From NCBI RefSeq assembly GCF_048593235.1, contig NC_133619.1, forward strand, positions 651,908,558 to 651,972,557: a stretch of 64,000 nucleotides of DNA, in the 5' to 3' direction. Source of the stretch: Sminthopsis crassicaudata (Eukaryota). This document shows positions 44,001-55,299 of this stretch, in pieces. The position numbers and the translations under genes were made by a program. How positions within the stretch are numbered: the first letter of the stretch is position 1; each line of letters opens with the position of its first letter. A model generated the notes under the pieces. The model worked only from the letters and a program-made list of their open reading frames with translations. It did no database searches and was not told where the DNA came from.

Positions 44001-45884
44001 TCCCCTCCCCCTCCTCCTCCTCTGGATTCAGGGACGAGTATTTCCGGATGAAGCTGCAGTGGAAGTCGGTGAGCCCCGAGCAGGAGAGGAGGAACTCGCT
44101 CCTCCACGGCTACCGCAGCCTCATCGGTCAGTGAGGGCGGGGGCCAAGGCCAGGATCGGGCTGGGGGTGGGGCTGGGGTTGGGGCTGGGGGACCAGGGTC
44201 CAAACCTGACCCTCTTCTTTCCCACAGAGCGCGATGTGAGCCGCACTGACCGCAGCAACAAGTTCTACGAGGGGCCGGGGAATCCGGGCCTGGGGCTGCT
44301 CAACGACATCCTCCTCACCTACTGCATGTACCACTTCGATCTGGGTATGTGTGGGCTGGGTGGGCGGCCGCCGGACTTCGGCCACGGCGCTGGTGGGGCT
44401 GACCTCCGACCTCCCGTCCGCCCCAGGTTACGTGCAGGGCATGAGCGATCTCCTCTCCCCCATCCTCTACGTCACGCAGAACGAGGTGGACGCCTTCTGG
44501 TGCTTCTGCGGCTTCATGGAACTCGTGGTGAGGGGGCGGGCGAGGGGGCGGGACCCTGGGGCCGGCCTCTGTCAAGGCCTCGTGGCCTTCACACGTTCGT
44601 CCTCGCCTCCAGCACGGGAACTTCGAGGAGAGCCAGGAGACGATGAAGCGCCAGCTCGGGCAGCTCCTGCTGCTGCTGCGGGTGCTGGATCCCCCCCTCT
44701 GCGACTTCCTGGGTAACGGTTTATTCGGGCCCCGGGGTCCTGAGCGGGAGCGTGGCCGGCCGGGCTCCCCAGATGGAGAGACCGGAGGGGTGGAGCACTG
44801 CAGCCCCCAGCGTCCACACGCTCGCCATTCTGCCCAGTGCCCCCGCTTTGCTCCCAGGCCATTCCCGTGTGCTCTGGGCGGCGTAGCGTCGGGAGCTGCC
44901 GCCGCCCTGAGTGATCGGGGCACCCCTCCCGGGCGCTCCTCTCCCCGCGCTTTGTCCCAAAGCCCTGCCGAGCTGGGAGACTCTCCATAGGAGCCCTGGG
45001 TCTCCCTGTGAGGCTCTGGGGGCTGCCTGGGTGGGCCACCCCCTGAGAGAAACGCTCCGGGGAGAGGCGGACCCCAAGGTCAAGGGTCCTCGTCCCCTCC
45101 CCCATCCAGACTCACAGGATTCGGGCTCCCTCTGCTTCTGTTTCCGCTGGCTGCTCATATGGTTCAAGCGGGAATTCCCGTTCCCCGACGTGCTCCGTTT
45201 GTGGGAGGTGAGCGGAGGCCGCCGCGGGGGAGGGAAGGACGGGGGGAGCCGGGCCCCGCTGACATGCCCTGTCCCCGAGCAGGTGCTCTGGACCGGGCTC
45301 CCGGGCCCCAACCTGCACCTGCTGGTGGCCTGCGCCATCCTCGACATGGAGAGAGACGCCCTCATGCTCTCTGGCTTTGGCTCCAACGAGATCCTCAAAG
45401 TGAGTTCTCCCGGGCCTTCCCCTCCCCCCACAGCCTCTGGAGGCGACCGCCCCCCCCTGAGGCCGCCCCTTCTGCTCTCCCCACAGCACATTAACGAGCT
45501 GACCATGAAGCTGAGCGTGGAGGACGTCCTGACCCGGGCCCAGACCTTGTATCTGCAGCTGACGGCCTGTCCGGTGAGACCCCGTCCCCCCATCCCCCAC
45601 CCCGAGACCTCGCTTCCAAACTGCCCGGCTGCCCCTGTGGGGACCCTCCCCCTCACTCTGACCTCTCCCCGCAGGAGCTGCCCCCCAACGTGCAGGAGAT
45701 CCTGGGCCTGAGCCGGGCCCCAGCTTCCGACCCCGGCAGCCCCTCCCCCTCCGGCTCCCCGCTGCCCCTGTCACCCACGCCGGCCCCCGAGGCCCCGTGC
45801 TCTGTCTCCGGGGGGCCCTCGCCCACTCCCCAGCCGGACAGCAGTCTGGAGATCCTGCCTGAGGACTCGGGGCCGGAGCCGTGA
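41052..45884 (+). CDS. TBC1D17: TBC1 domain family member 17 (Rab-GAP), 17 coding exons, 653 aa
   Basis: MEEAGYR|VVFEKGGVFLHT start, IERDVSRTD (arginine finger), YVQGMSDLLSP (glutamine finger), LCFCFRWLLIWFKREF. Exons: 41052-41072, 41428-41529, 41640-41714, 42281-42404, 42684(or 42690)-42891, 43083-43194, 43295-43456, 43560-43688, 43765-43868, 44032-44126, 44228-44344, 44427-44527, 44613-44712, 45110-45207, 45283-45399, 45487-45573, 45675-45884. ATTAAA at 46055-46060. Confidence 0.97.
41193..41326. promoter_or_regulatory. Three NRF1-type GCGCATGCG palindromes in TBC1D17 intron 1
   Basis: GCGCATGCGC at 41193, TGCGCATGCGC at 41256 and TGCGCATGCG at 41317, about 62 bp apart. Confidence 0.55.
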
Positions 45885-46279
45885 GGGGCCCATCCCCTTC
45901 CCCCTCACACACCAGCACACGCACTTTACCCCTCCCCCCTCACGTCCACCACCAAAGCTCTGCCCCTTCTTCTCAGAGCCCCGCCCTGGGGCGACCCGGT
46001 GTGGCTGGGGGCGCTTCCCGGCCCCCATCCTGGGAGCGCGCCTCCTTTGTGCCCATTAAACAGGGTCACTTTGACACCGTTGTCTGTTTGGCTGTGTTGG
46101 GGGGCGCTCGGGGCCGAGGGGGGACGCTGAGGAAAGTTGTGGAGGAGGGGCACGCAAAGAACGGGAGCAGGAGATTTTTCACAAAGGCTTTATTGGCTTT
46201 GGGTCCCTCCTGTCTCAGGCCCATGGGCAGCTGAGCCCAGGACCTGGCAGAGTAGGGGCATGAGGGAGACATGGACTCC

Positions 46280-46840
46280 CAGCCCCGTGGTTCCGGCCAG
46301 AGCGGAGGCCGGGCTGCGTGGTCCCAGCCAGAGCGGAGGCCGGGAAGCGTGGCCTTGGCTGGAGCTGAAGCAGGGGCTCTCAGCCGTGTGGTCCTGGCCA
46401 GAGCAGAGGCTGGGAAGCGTGGCCTTGGCTAGAATTGAAGCAGGGGCTCCCAGCCCCTTGGTCGCGGCCAGAGTGGAAGCCGGGCTGCGTGGTCGCGGCC
46501 AGAGCGGAGGCCGGGCTGCGTGGTCGCGGCCAGAGCGGAGGCCGGGCTGCGTGGTCCCGGCCAGAGCGGAGGCCGGGCTGCGTGGTCCCGGCCAGAGCGG
46601 AGGCCGGGCTGCGTGGTCCCGGCCAGAGCGGAGGCCGGGCTGCGTGGTCCCGGCCAGAGCGGAGGCCGGGCTGCGTGGTCCCGGCCAGAGCGGAGGCCGG
46701 GCTGCGTGGTCCCGGCCAGAGCGGAGGCCAGGAAGCGTGGCCTTGGCTGGAACTGAAGCAGGGGCTCCCAGCTCCGTGGTCCCAGCCAAAGTGGAGGCCG
46801 GACTGCGTGGCCCTGGCTGGAGCGGAAGCAGGGGCTCCCA
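46280..46840. repeat. 31-bp minisatellite with flanking degenerate modules in the IL4I1 3'UTR
   Basis: AGAGCGGAGGCCGGGCTGCGTGGTC(C/G)CGGCC, about 8 near-perfect copies at about 46470-46730. Flanked by repeated GGAAGCGTGGCCTTGGCT..AA.TGAAGCAGGGGCTC modules. Confidence 0.93.
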
Positions 46841-46903
46841 GTTCCACAGTCCGGCAGGCTCCTGGGCCTCCCTCTAGATGCAATGGGGCCTCCCCCGGGG
46901 TTC

Positions 46904-49900
46904 CTAGGCCCCCTCGTGTATCTTCAGGGCTGCCCGCAGCCCTGACTTGATGGCTGTCTCCACCCAGCCGTGGGGGAGGGCCGTGTATTCCCCCGCAAAA
47001 TGCACGCGGCCCTCCGGCTGGGTCCAGTCCCAGTGCCAGGGCGTTCCCTGCGCAGGGTCTCTGGGCTGCGGGGGCTGCATCACGAAGCCTCCCTGGCTGT
47101 AGCGATCCTCCCCCCAGCGCTTCACGGCCCCTCGGCCGTCCCAGAGCTCCCGCACCTTCTCGCCGTGGAGGCCCACGACATCCTCCAGCGCCAGGCGCAG
47201 GATCTCCTCCTCCCCCAGGCCCGCAAAGGCGGCCGTGGCGTCCGACCACGTGTAGGATGCGAGAAGGAGGCCGCCGGCCTCTTCCCCGGGGCCCTGTGGG
47301 TAGTAGAGGGCACGGACTGGGCGGTCGGTGTTCGAGTGCCCCCCCCGGATGCCCTCGTCCTCCCAGAAAGGTCTCCGGAAGCTGAGGAAGACCTTGGTAG
47401 CCGGAACGTAGTGGATGTTCCGCAGCGCGCGGCGAAGCGGGGGACGCAGGGGCGGCTGGAAGTCGACGCGGCTCAGGGCCGTGCTGGTGGTGGCCAGCAG
47501 CACGCGGTCGGCGGTCAGGGACAGCAGGCGCGAGGGCCGCTGGGGGTCTCGGTAGTGGACGGTGGCGCCTTTCCGGTTCTGGGACACCCGGACCACGGGG
47601 GCCTGGAGCAGGACCGGGCCGCTCAGGGAGAGCAGCAGGGCGCGGGGCAGCTGGTCCCAGCCGGGGCGGATTCGCCAGTACCTGGGGGACACGGGGAGGC
47701 CGGTGGGCCCGGGCCAGAGCGGCTCCCCCCGCCCCCGGCCCCCCCTTTCCCTGTACGCACTGGAGCCCGTCGTTGAGGTAGCTGTGGGCCCTCAAGGCCT
47801 CGGCGAAGCTGAGGGAGAAGAAGCCGTCCTCGGCCAGCACGTCTCCCAGGAGCTGCACGGCCGCCGTGCTCAGGTTCCCTTCTCCCAGCAGGTAGTCCTG
47901 GGGGGCAGAGCGGGGCCTCAGGCCTGCACGCCCGGGAGAAGGGCCCCAGCTCTCCGAGGCCTTTTGTGCCTACTTTCTTCCCTCTTCCTCCTCCCCTCCC
48001 TGCCTTCCCCCTTGTCTCCGCAGTTCAGTGGGGGTTCTGTGCCCCTCGGGCACAGTTGAGGGCAGGGGTGGCCGGCGTTTTCACCCCCCCCTTGTTGCCT
48101 AGGAGCCTGGAGCTCAGGATCCACCCCCTCTGCCCCTCTTCCCTCCCCTGCTGTCCTTGCTCCCCAGGAGGGAGGGAGATGTGCCCACCCGGGCCCTCCC
48201 TCACCAGAAGGGTGTAGTTCTCGAATTTCCTCATGGTGGCGGCGCAGCCCAGGCGCTTGAGGTCATCCCGGGCCTACGGGAGGAACAACCGGGGATGGCA
48301 CCCCAGCCGCCAGCCCCCCTCCCCCACCCCTTCCCAACGCCCCGGACAGAATTGGCTCCAGGGCCCCGCAGGTCCTCGGAGCAGAGGGGCTTGCTCAGGG
48401 CCATCCGAGTGTCCAGCGCCCCTCCCCCGGAGCCCCCCAGCCCCGCCTGCTCTCGAGCACCTCGGGACCCTCTTCTGCCCAGCCCCCTGCCCCAGCATGT
48501 GGCGGCCAGCGGGATTTGGGCGACCTGGGATGAGGGGCAGCCCCGGGGGCTGTGGGGCGGGGATCCGAGCTTCCCTCAGACTGGGCGCACCTTGTCCAGG
48601 GCCAGCTGGTAAATGGCCTCCGGAGAGCGGCCTCGCTCGGAGGCCCGGAGGCGGTAGCCCAGCTGCTCCGGCGCGGCCTCCACCACGAAGTTCCGCAGCT
48701 TGACTCCGTTGGCCTCGGTCCAGGCGTTCATGTTGTACTGAACGAAGGGGGCCAGGGGGAGACCCAGGAGGGCGCAGAGCTTCAGGAGGAGCCTGCGGGA
48801 GGGGGCACGGCGGCCGTGAGGGGCGGGCGCCAGCCCAGCGCGGGAGGGAGGTGGGGGAGTGAGGGGCGCCCGGACGGCTGGGCGGGGGAGGGGAGGGGCG
48901 CCCGGACGGCCGGGGGGGGGGGGAGGGGCGCCCGGACGGCTGGGCGGGGGAGGGGAGGGGCGCCCGGACGGCTGGGCGGGGCAGGGGAGGGGCGCCCGGC
49001 CAGGCCCGGAGGCCGGTCGGAGCCCGGGCTGCCCCGTACCTGTGACTGGATGGTATCCTCATGGCCCCCAGCTCTCCCAGCCAGCCCGTCCGCTCGTCCC
49101 TGTACGTCAGGATCCGGCCCCCGATCCTGTCACTGGCCTCCAGCAGAGTCACCTGGGAGGGGACGCTGTCAGGGCGACTCCCCCCCCCCCCAGCCCTGTC
49201 TGGGCCCCGATGCTGGGGGTCAGGGGGGCGCGATCCGGACCAGCGGATGGCGCGCGCGGGCACTGGGTTCAGGGCGGGGTTCCTCCGCCCCAGCCTTCCC
49301 TCCCGGCAGAGCATGGGGGGGGAGGTGACCACACCCCAGGGAGTTTCCCCCCCCCCCCCGCCTGGGAGAGGGTGACTGGACATTCCCAGATCGGGGAGAG
49401 GATGGCCGGACTCCAGGGAACACCCCCTGTCGGAGAGGGAATGGACACGCCCCTGCCGGGGAGAGGGCGACCGGGCAGCCCCTCCCCCAGGCTGAAGAAG
49501 GGGAGGCTGCTTTGGGACAGAGGTCGTTGGGGTCGGAGCGGGACTTTCCTCGGGTTCGGGGGAATGCCTTGGGCCGGGCTCCCCCTCCCGAAGTGAAGGG
49601 GGCGGGGCCGGGGGCGGGGCTGCCCACCTGGTGGCCGGCGCCCTCCAGCACCCTGGCGGCCAGCAGCCCGGCCACGCCGGCCCCCACCACCGCCACGCGC
49701 TGCGGCCGCGCCGTCCGGTTGAGGCCCCCGCTGAGGACGGCCAGCAGCTGCTCGCGGTCCGGGTCCTGGAAGCAGCGCAGGAAGGGGTCGTCCCCGGCGT
49801 CGGCGGCTCCGGCCAGGGCCAGGACGGGGAGCAGACCTGGGCGGGAGAAGCCGAGCGGCCTGCTGAGCCCAGCCCTGGCGGGGACGGCCCCGCCCCCCGC

Positions 49901-49925
49901 CCCCGCACTTACCCCACCAGCGCAT
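46904..49925 (-). CDS. IL4I1: Secreted L-amino-acid oxidase (interleukin-4-induced protein 1), 7 coding exons, 506 aa
   Basis: Signal peptide [22 protein letters not shown] motif [23 protein letters not shown], and [24 protein letters not shown]. Exons (descending): 49925-49913, 49836-49628, 49152-49040, 48792-48591, 48273-48205, 47897-47761, 47681-46904. Total 1521 nt. Minus-strand AATAAA at 46194-46189. Confidence 0.96.
48861..48999. repeat. About 32-bp GC-rich tandem repeat (about 4.5 copies) in an IL4I1 intron
   Basis: GAGGGGCGCCCGGACGGCTGGGCGGGGGAGGG units start at 48861, 48893, 48923, 48955 and 48987. Confidence 0.9.
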
Positions 49926-50084
49926 GGCTCTGACAAGGAGGGGGCGACCCGGGGCTGAGGAGAGAAGCCGCGTGAGCCCCCGCTCACTCCCGGCTCGGCC
50001 CGGGCTGTTCGCAGCTTCTCCGGGTTCTAGGTTGAGTCACGCTAACCCTACCGGACATCTGCCCCCATCCCAGTCTCCAAGTGC

Positions 50085-51120
50085 TTTCCCTGGCCCCGGC
50101 CACTCCGGCTCCCCGCCCCCTCCAACCCCCCCGTCACTCCGGCCCCCTCCCTCCCGAATCCCGGCTCCCTGAACCCCAGCCCTAGCCACGCTCTGACTCC
50201 CTGCCCCCCAACCCCGGCTCCCTGCTCCCCTCCCAAACCCTCCTGGTCACTCCGGCCCCCTCCCTCCCGAATCCCGGCTCCCTGAACCCCTAAAACCCCA
50301 GCCCTAGCCACGCTCTGACTCCCGGCCCCGGCCATTCCGATTCCGGCTCCCTGCCCCCCCAACCCCGGCTCCCTGCCCCCCCCCAATCCCAGCCCTAGCC
50401 ACACTTTGACTCCCTGCCCCGGCCCTGGTCACTCCGGCCCCCTCCCTCCCAAACCCCAGCTCTCTGATCCCCCCAAACCCTCCCCCCCCCGTCACTCTGG
50501 CCCCCTCCCTCCCGAACCCCTGCTCCCTGCTCCCCAAACCCCGGCCCTGGTCACTCCATCCCCCACCCTCCTGAACCACGGCTCCCTGCCCCCCAAGCCC
50601 CAGCCCCGGCTACTCCGGCTCCCTGCCCCCTCGAACCCCGGCCCTGGCCATTCCGGCTCCCTGCCCCCCGAACCCCAGCCCTGGCCACACTCTGACTCCC
50701 GGACAGTCCCCGGCTCCCTGTCCCCCAAACCCCGGCTCCCCGCCCCCCGAACCCCGACCACTCCGGCTCCCTGCCCCCAGAATCCCGGCCCTGACCACTC
50801 CGGCTCCCTGCCCCCCGAACCCCGGCTCTGGCCACTCCGCCCCCCTGCTCCCCGAACTCCGGCCTTGGCCACTCCGCCCCTCTGCTCCCCGAACCCCGGC
50901 CCTGGACACTCCGGCTCCCTGCCCCCCGAACCCCGGCTCCCTGCCCCTCGAACCCCGGCCACTCCAGCTCCCTGCCCCCCGAACCCCGGCCCTGGCCACT
51001 CCGGCTCCCTGCTCCCCCCCCAACCTGCCCCCCGAACCCCACCCCTAGCCACACTCTGACTTCCGACCACTCCGGCTCCCTGCCCCCCGAACCCCGGCCC
51101 TGGCCACTCCGGCCCCCCGC
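50085..51120. repeat. C-rich degenerate minisatellite directly upstream of IL4I1
   Basis: Recurring CCCCGGCCCTGGCCACTCCGGCTCCCTGCCCCCCGAA (about 37 bp) and sub-units. Confidence 0.9.
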
Positions 51121-51746
51121 CCCTCTCTTTTCCCAGCTCTGCATCCCCGCCCCTGCCCTGGCTGCGGCTCCCCGTGGGCCCTGCGCTCACACCTGCCTCC
51201 GCCAGCTCCCAACTGGCGAGCCTCCTCTGCGCCTCGGCTTTTGTCCCGCCGGCCGGAGGCCGCTCCTCCCCCGCCCCCACGCTCTTTGGGAAGTCCGCTC
51301 CCCTCTCGGGAAAGCGAAACTTGTCCCGGAGTTGGGGGACTGCCGGCGGGGCGGGGGGCGGGGCGGGGGAGGAAGTCGGCCCGCAGAGCGGCCCCTCGTG
51401 GCTCTCTGGGGGTCCGCGGGCCGGGGGGCGCTCAGGGCAGCGAACTCGCTCTGGTTCCTAACTTTCGGGGGGGGCTGCCCGGGGAAGCGGCCGTGGCCCC
51501 AGCTCTGGCGCGGCGGCGTCCTCGCTCACGGCCCCCCGCGCTGGGCTGTGGAGTCAGGGCGCAACCCGGGGGCCGGGGCCGAGCCCTCCCCCTCGAAACC
51601 GGCCTTTCCTGTGCGGCCCCTTGCGCTGGGGGTCAACTCCTCCGGCCGCCCGTGTCTCACCCCCCACCCCGTCCGCCCCTCGCTCCTCTCCTTCCCTCTC
51701 TCCTCCCTCCCTCCCTCCCCCCCCAATTTTAATTTTCATTGCTTCC

Positions 51747-52530
51747 TTTCTCTGTCTCTGTCTCTGGGTCCTCTCTGTCTCTCCCGGGTCCTCTCTGTCT
51801 CCGGGTTCTCTCTGTCTCTGGGTCCTCTCTGTCTCTCCCGGGTCCTCTCTGTCTCCGGGGTTCTCTCTGTCTCTCCCGGGTCCTCTCTGTCTCTGGGGTT
51901 CTCTCTGTCTCCGGGTTCTCTCTGTCTCCGGGTTCTCTCTGTCTCTCCCGGGTCCTCTCTGTCTCTGGGTTCTCTCTGTCTCTGGGTCCTCTCTGTCTCC
52001 CAGGTCCTCTCTGTCTCCGGGTTCTCTCTGTCTCCGGGTTCTCTCTGTCTCCCAGGTCCTCTCTGTCTCCCGGGTCCTCTCTGTCTCTGGGGTTCTCTCT
52101 GTCTCTGGGTCCTCTCTGTCTCCGGGTTCTCTCTGTCTCTCCCGGGTCCTCTCTGTCTCTGGGTCCTCTCTGTCTCTCCCGGGTCCTCTCTGTCTCCGGG
52201 GTTCTCTCTGTCTCTCCCGGGTCCTCTCTGTCTCCGGGGTTCTCTCTGTCTCTCCCGGGTTCTCTCTGTCTCTGGGTCCTCTCTGTCTCCGGGTTCTCTC
52301 TGTCTCCGGGGTTCTCTCTGTCTCTCCCGGGTCCTCTCTGTCTCCGGGTTCTCTCTGTCTCCCAGGTCCTCTCTGTCTCCCGGGTCCTCTCTGTCTCTGG
52401 GGTTCTCTCTGTCTCCGGGTTCTCTCTGTCTCTCCCGGGTCCTCTCTGTCTCTCCCGGGTCCTATCTGTCTCTGGGTTCTCTCTGTCTCCGGGTTCTCTC
52501 TGTCTCCGGGGTTCTCTCTGTCTCTCCATC
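51747..52530. repeat. Pyrimidine-rich 17-20 bp minisatellite
   Basis: About 40 units of CTCTCTGTCT(CT)(C)CGGGT(T/C). Confidence 0.96.
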
Positions 52531-53121
52531 TCTCTGCCCTTTCTCCGATTCCACAGCGGGCTCTCCGTGGATTTCTCAGCGTCTTCGCCCCTTCCATTCG
52601 GCCTCCATCCCTTCCACTCCACGGGTTCTTGGTTTGTCCCTGGCTCCCTAGTTCCCTCAGGCTTCCTCCACACCTTTTCCTGTCCCCCTTCAAGGAGGGG
52701 CAATAACTCACTTAACACATCTTGGCTGTGTGACCTTGGGCAAGTCACTTAACCCCAATTGCCTGGGGGAAAAGGGAAAAGAGTCCCTGCCCAGGGCTGA
52801 TGGGCTAATGATGTGAATGAGAGAGGGTCAATAGGCTCAACTTGGGGCCTCCATTGTTTTTTCCAAGAAGAATGCTTTTTGGTCTTCAGAAAAAAACCGT
52901 GGGGGTGATGGGCAGGGAGTGGAGAGTTGGGACACGAGGGGGTGAGGGACCGTCTTGCTGAGCTCAGTGACTTCAGTCGCTGGGATCAAATCCACTGTCT
53001 GAGTCCGGAAAGGACTGGCTGACCCGCCATCAGTGATCTCTGAAGCATGGAGAACAGAGGCTGTAGCCCAGCTCCAGAGACGGGCACACGCCTCCTGGAG
53101 TTCTTAGCTCTATTTATCACT

Positions 53122-53248
53122 GAGGCAGTGGGGGTTAGGTGACTTGCCCAGGGTCACACAGCCAGGAAGTGTGAAGTGTTGGATTTGAACTCAGGTCCTC
53201 CGGACTTCAGGGCTGGTGCTCTACCCACTGCGCCACCCAGCTGCCCCC
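53122..53248 (-). mobile_element. WSINE1-type SINE
   Basis: GTGACTTGCCCAGGGTCACACAGCC...GGATTTGAACTCAGGTCCTCC...CCACTGCGCCACCCAGCTGCCCC. A further 3' fragment lies at about 52705-52765. Confidence 0.88.
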
Positions 53249-53999
53249 ACCTTTTTTAAAGAGGAAGGGGGATGGAAGCTGCAAGCCATGGTGGGCTTGA
53301 CTTAAAGGAGCACTTAGTGGTTGATGGAAAAGGGAGGGATGATCCCTCTGATGCAGCAGCAGCAAGAATGGCCCGGGCTCTCGGGCTCGGGTTCTTTTCT
53401 GCCGAGAACGTGCGACAAACGTGGCTTGGGTAGGTGGGCAGGAGGGCGGGAGCAGGCCTTGGCCCAGCTGACGGACCGAGCGAGGAGGGCAGAGCCACGG
53501 GCACTCTCCAGGCTCCACGTCGGACAGAGACAACAGGGGCAGGAGGAGTTCCTGGGGGTCAGTCAGGATGCCGAAGGGCCTCGAAATTAAGCCTCGAGGG
53601 AAGGCTGAGGGCTGCCAGAGGCTACAGCTTCTCCCTCTGGGGCCCAGACAGCACCCATCTCCCTCCCCGCCTCCACTGCGGGGGGAGGCCCACCAGCCCC
53701 CGGGAGTCAGGGAGTGGAAGCCAGAGCCGCAGACCGGGAGCGCTGCCTTCAGCTTGGGAAGGAGAAGAAGCTTCGTTTGGACGTGGCGTCGGGGAGCCCG
53801 GGAGCCCGAAGCTTTGGATCTCTCGGCCAGGAGCATCTCCCCGCCAGCTCCAGGCTTGCCTTTTCCAACCATCGGTGGTCTTTATCTTTCTCTGCATCCC
53901 CAGCATTAAGTGGTGTCCTTGGCACACAGTAGGCACTTAATGCTTGTTGACTTGAACTGTGGGAAGAGTGATAATAGTGTTTATATTTTATATCATTTC

Positions 54000-54385
54000 T
54001 TCCCAAAGCTTTAGGAAGCACTTCACAGATCTTATCTCACTGAATCCTTACAATAATCCTGAGATGTAGGAGCTAGTATCTCCATTTTACATTTTAGGAA
54101 ACTGAGGCAAACTGAGGGGAGGTGATCTATCCAGGGTCAATGGGTAGGAAGGGTTGAAGGAAGGAGCAAGCGTTTATTGAGCACCTGGCATGTGCCGGGC
54201 ACCGTGCCACACAGTTTACAAATATCGCCTCATTTGATCCTCACAACAATCCTGGGAGGCAGCGCTATTATGATCCCAATTTTACTGATGGGCGAACTGA
54301 GGCGGTCGGAGGTGATGTGAATTGCCATGGTCGCACAGCTACTAAGTATCTCGGGCTGGATTTGAACTCGGAGCTTTCTGATTCC
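54000..54385 (-). mobile_element. Two MIR/MAR1 (CORE-SINE) relics
   Basis: ATCTCACTGAATCCTTACAATAATCCTGAGATGTAGG...CCATTTTACA...GAAACTGAGGC, and a second copy TTTGATCCTCACAACAATCCTGGGAGG...GGATTTGAACTC. Confidence 0.75.
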
Positions 54386-55299
54386 ACGCCCCGAGCTACC
54401 AAGGGACTGCAAACTAGGAGCTAAAAATCTCCCTTGTTCATTTGGGTCAAGAACGCCCAGGAGAACTGGGATCCCGCGGCAACGTTAAGTCCACCGAACG
54501 GCTCCCGAAGCCCAGAAGGGAAGGTTCTCGGGCCCCGGCTTCTTTCTCGGACCGCTGACAGCCATGGCCCCAAGGGTGAGGCCCCCCGCCCTGGCTGCCA
54601 CTGTCTGAGAAGCAGGGCCTGATGGGGATTTTCCTGAGACCAGAGCGGGGCCCTTGTGGTTAATCATGTCAGTGGGCTTGGTTCTAGAGAAGTCAAATGA
54701 GGAAAGGAATTCTATTATTAGGTAAGACCATCCTTCCTCTAGAATCCACCAGAGCCAACGGCTTCATCTTGCTTTCTGGACAAGGGATCCCCCTTTCGGG
54801 TCTCACAGGTGCCTTTGCCCGGGACGTCTGGCGACTCCTGGCTCCGTCCCCGTGCCCCACGCTTCAGCAGCTGCTGCCCCAAGGACGCTGCTTCGGGGGT
54901 CTGCCGGACCCCAGGCCTTTTGACCTCTGCAGGCTCACGAATGGGGACATCCTCTCCCCAGCGCTGCCGCCTTTTCTTCAGCCGTGTTTACCCTCGGCGG
55001 GTCTCGAGTCCTGTCTTTGACTCTCCCGGCCAGTGAAGATGGCAGCGGGGAGACCTTGCTTCGCTTTCCTCCCTGGAAGTGCCATTCCTTCTCAGTGGCC
55101 GGGAAGCCTTAACCCCCTCCCACTGATTGTCCCCCAGGACCAGCTAGCCCAAGAGAAGTGGCTGGATGCTCACTGGTCCGCCATAATACAACGTGTCTCT
55201 ATCCAGGGACCCAACGCCCCCATCATCCTTTTGGATTGAGAAAAGGTTTATTCACACCTACTGACTGATTCAGTCAAGATTCTGGGCCTTTCCTTCCAG

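Noticed and set aside
46137-46950. Repeat-encoded ORFs as an IL4I1 C-terminal extension
   Set aside because: They lie after the in-frame TAG, and the 31-bp unit is not a multiple of 3.
49555-49564. TTC(N4)GAA STAT6-type motif in an IL4I1 intron
   Set aside because: It fits IL-4 induction, but the motif is too degenerate to support from a single occurrence.
51332-52752. Several 337-439 aa ORFs (ETER/PLCL repeats)
   Set aside because: Translations of the CT-rich minisatellite.
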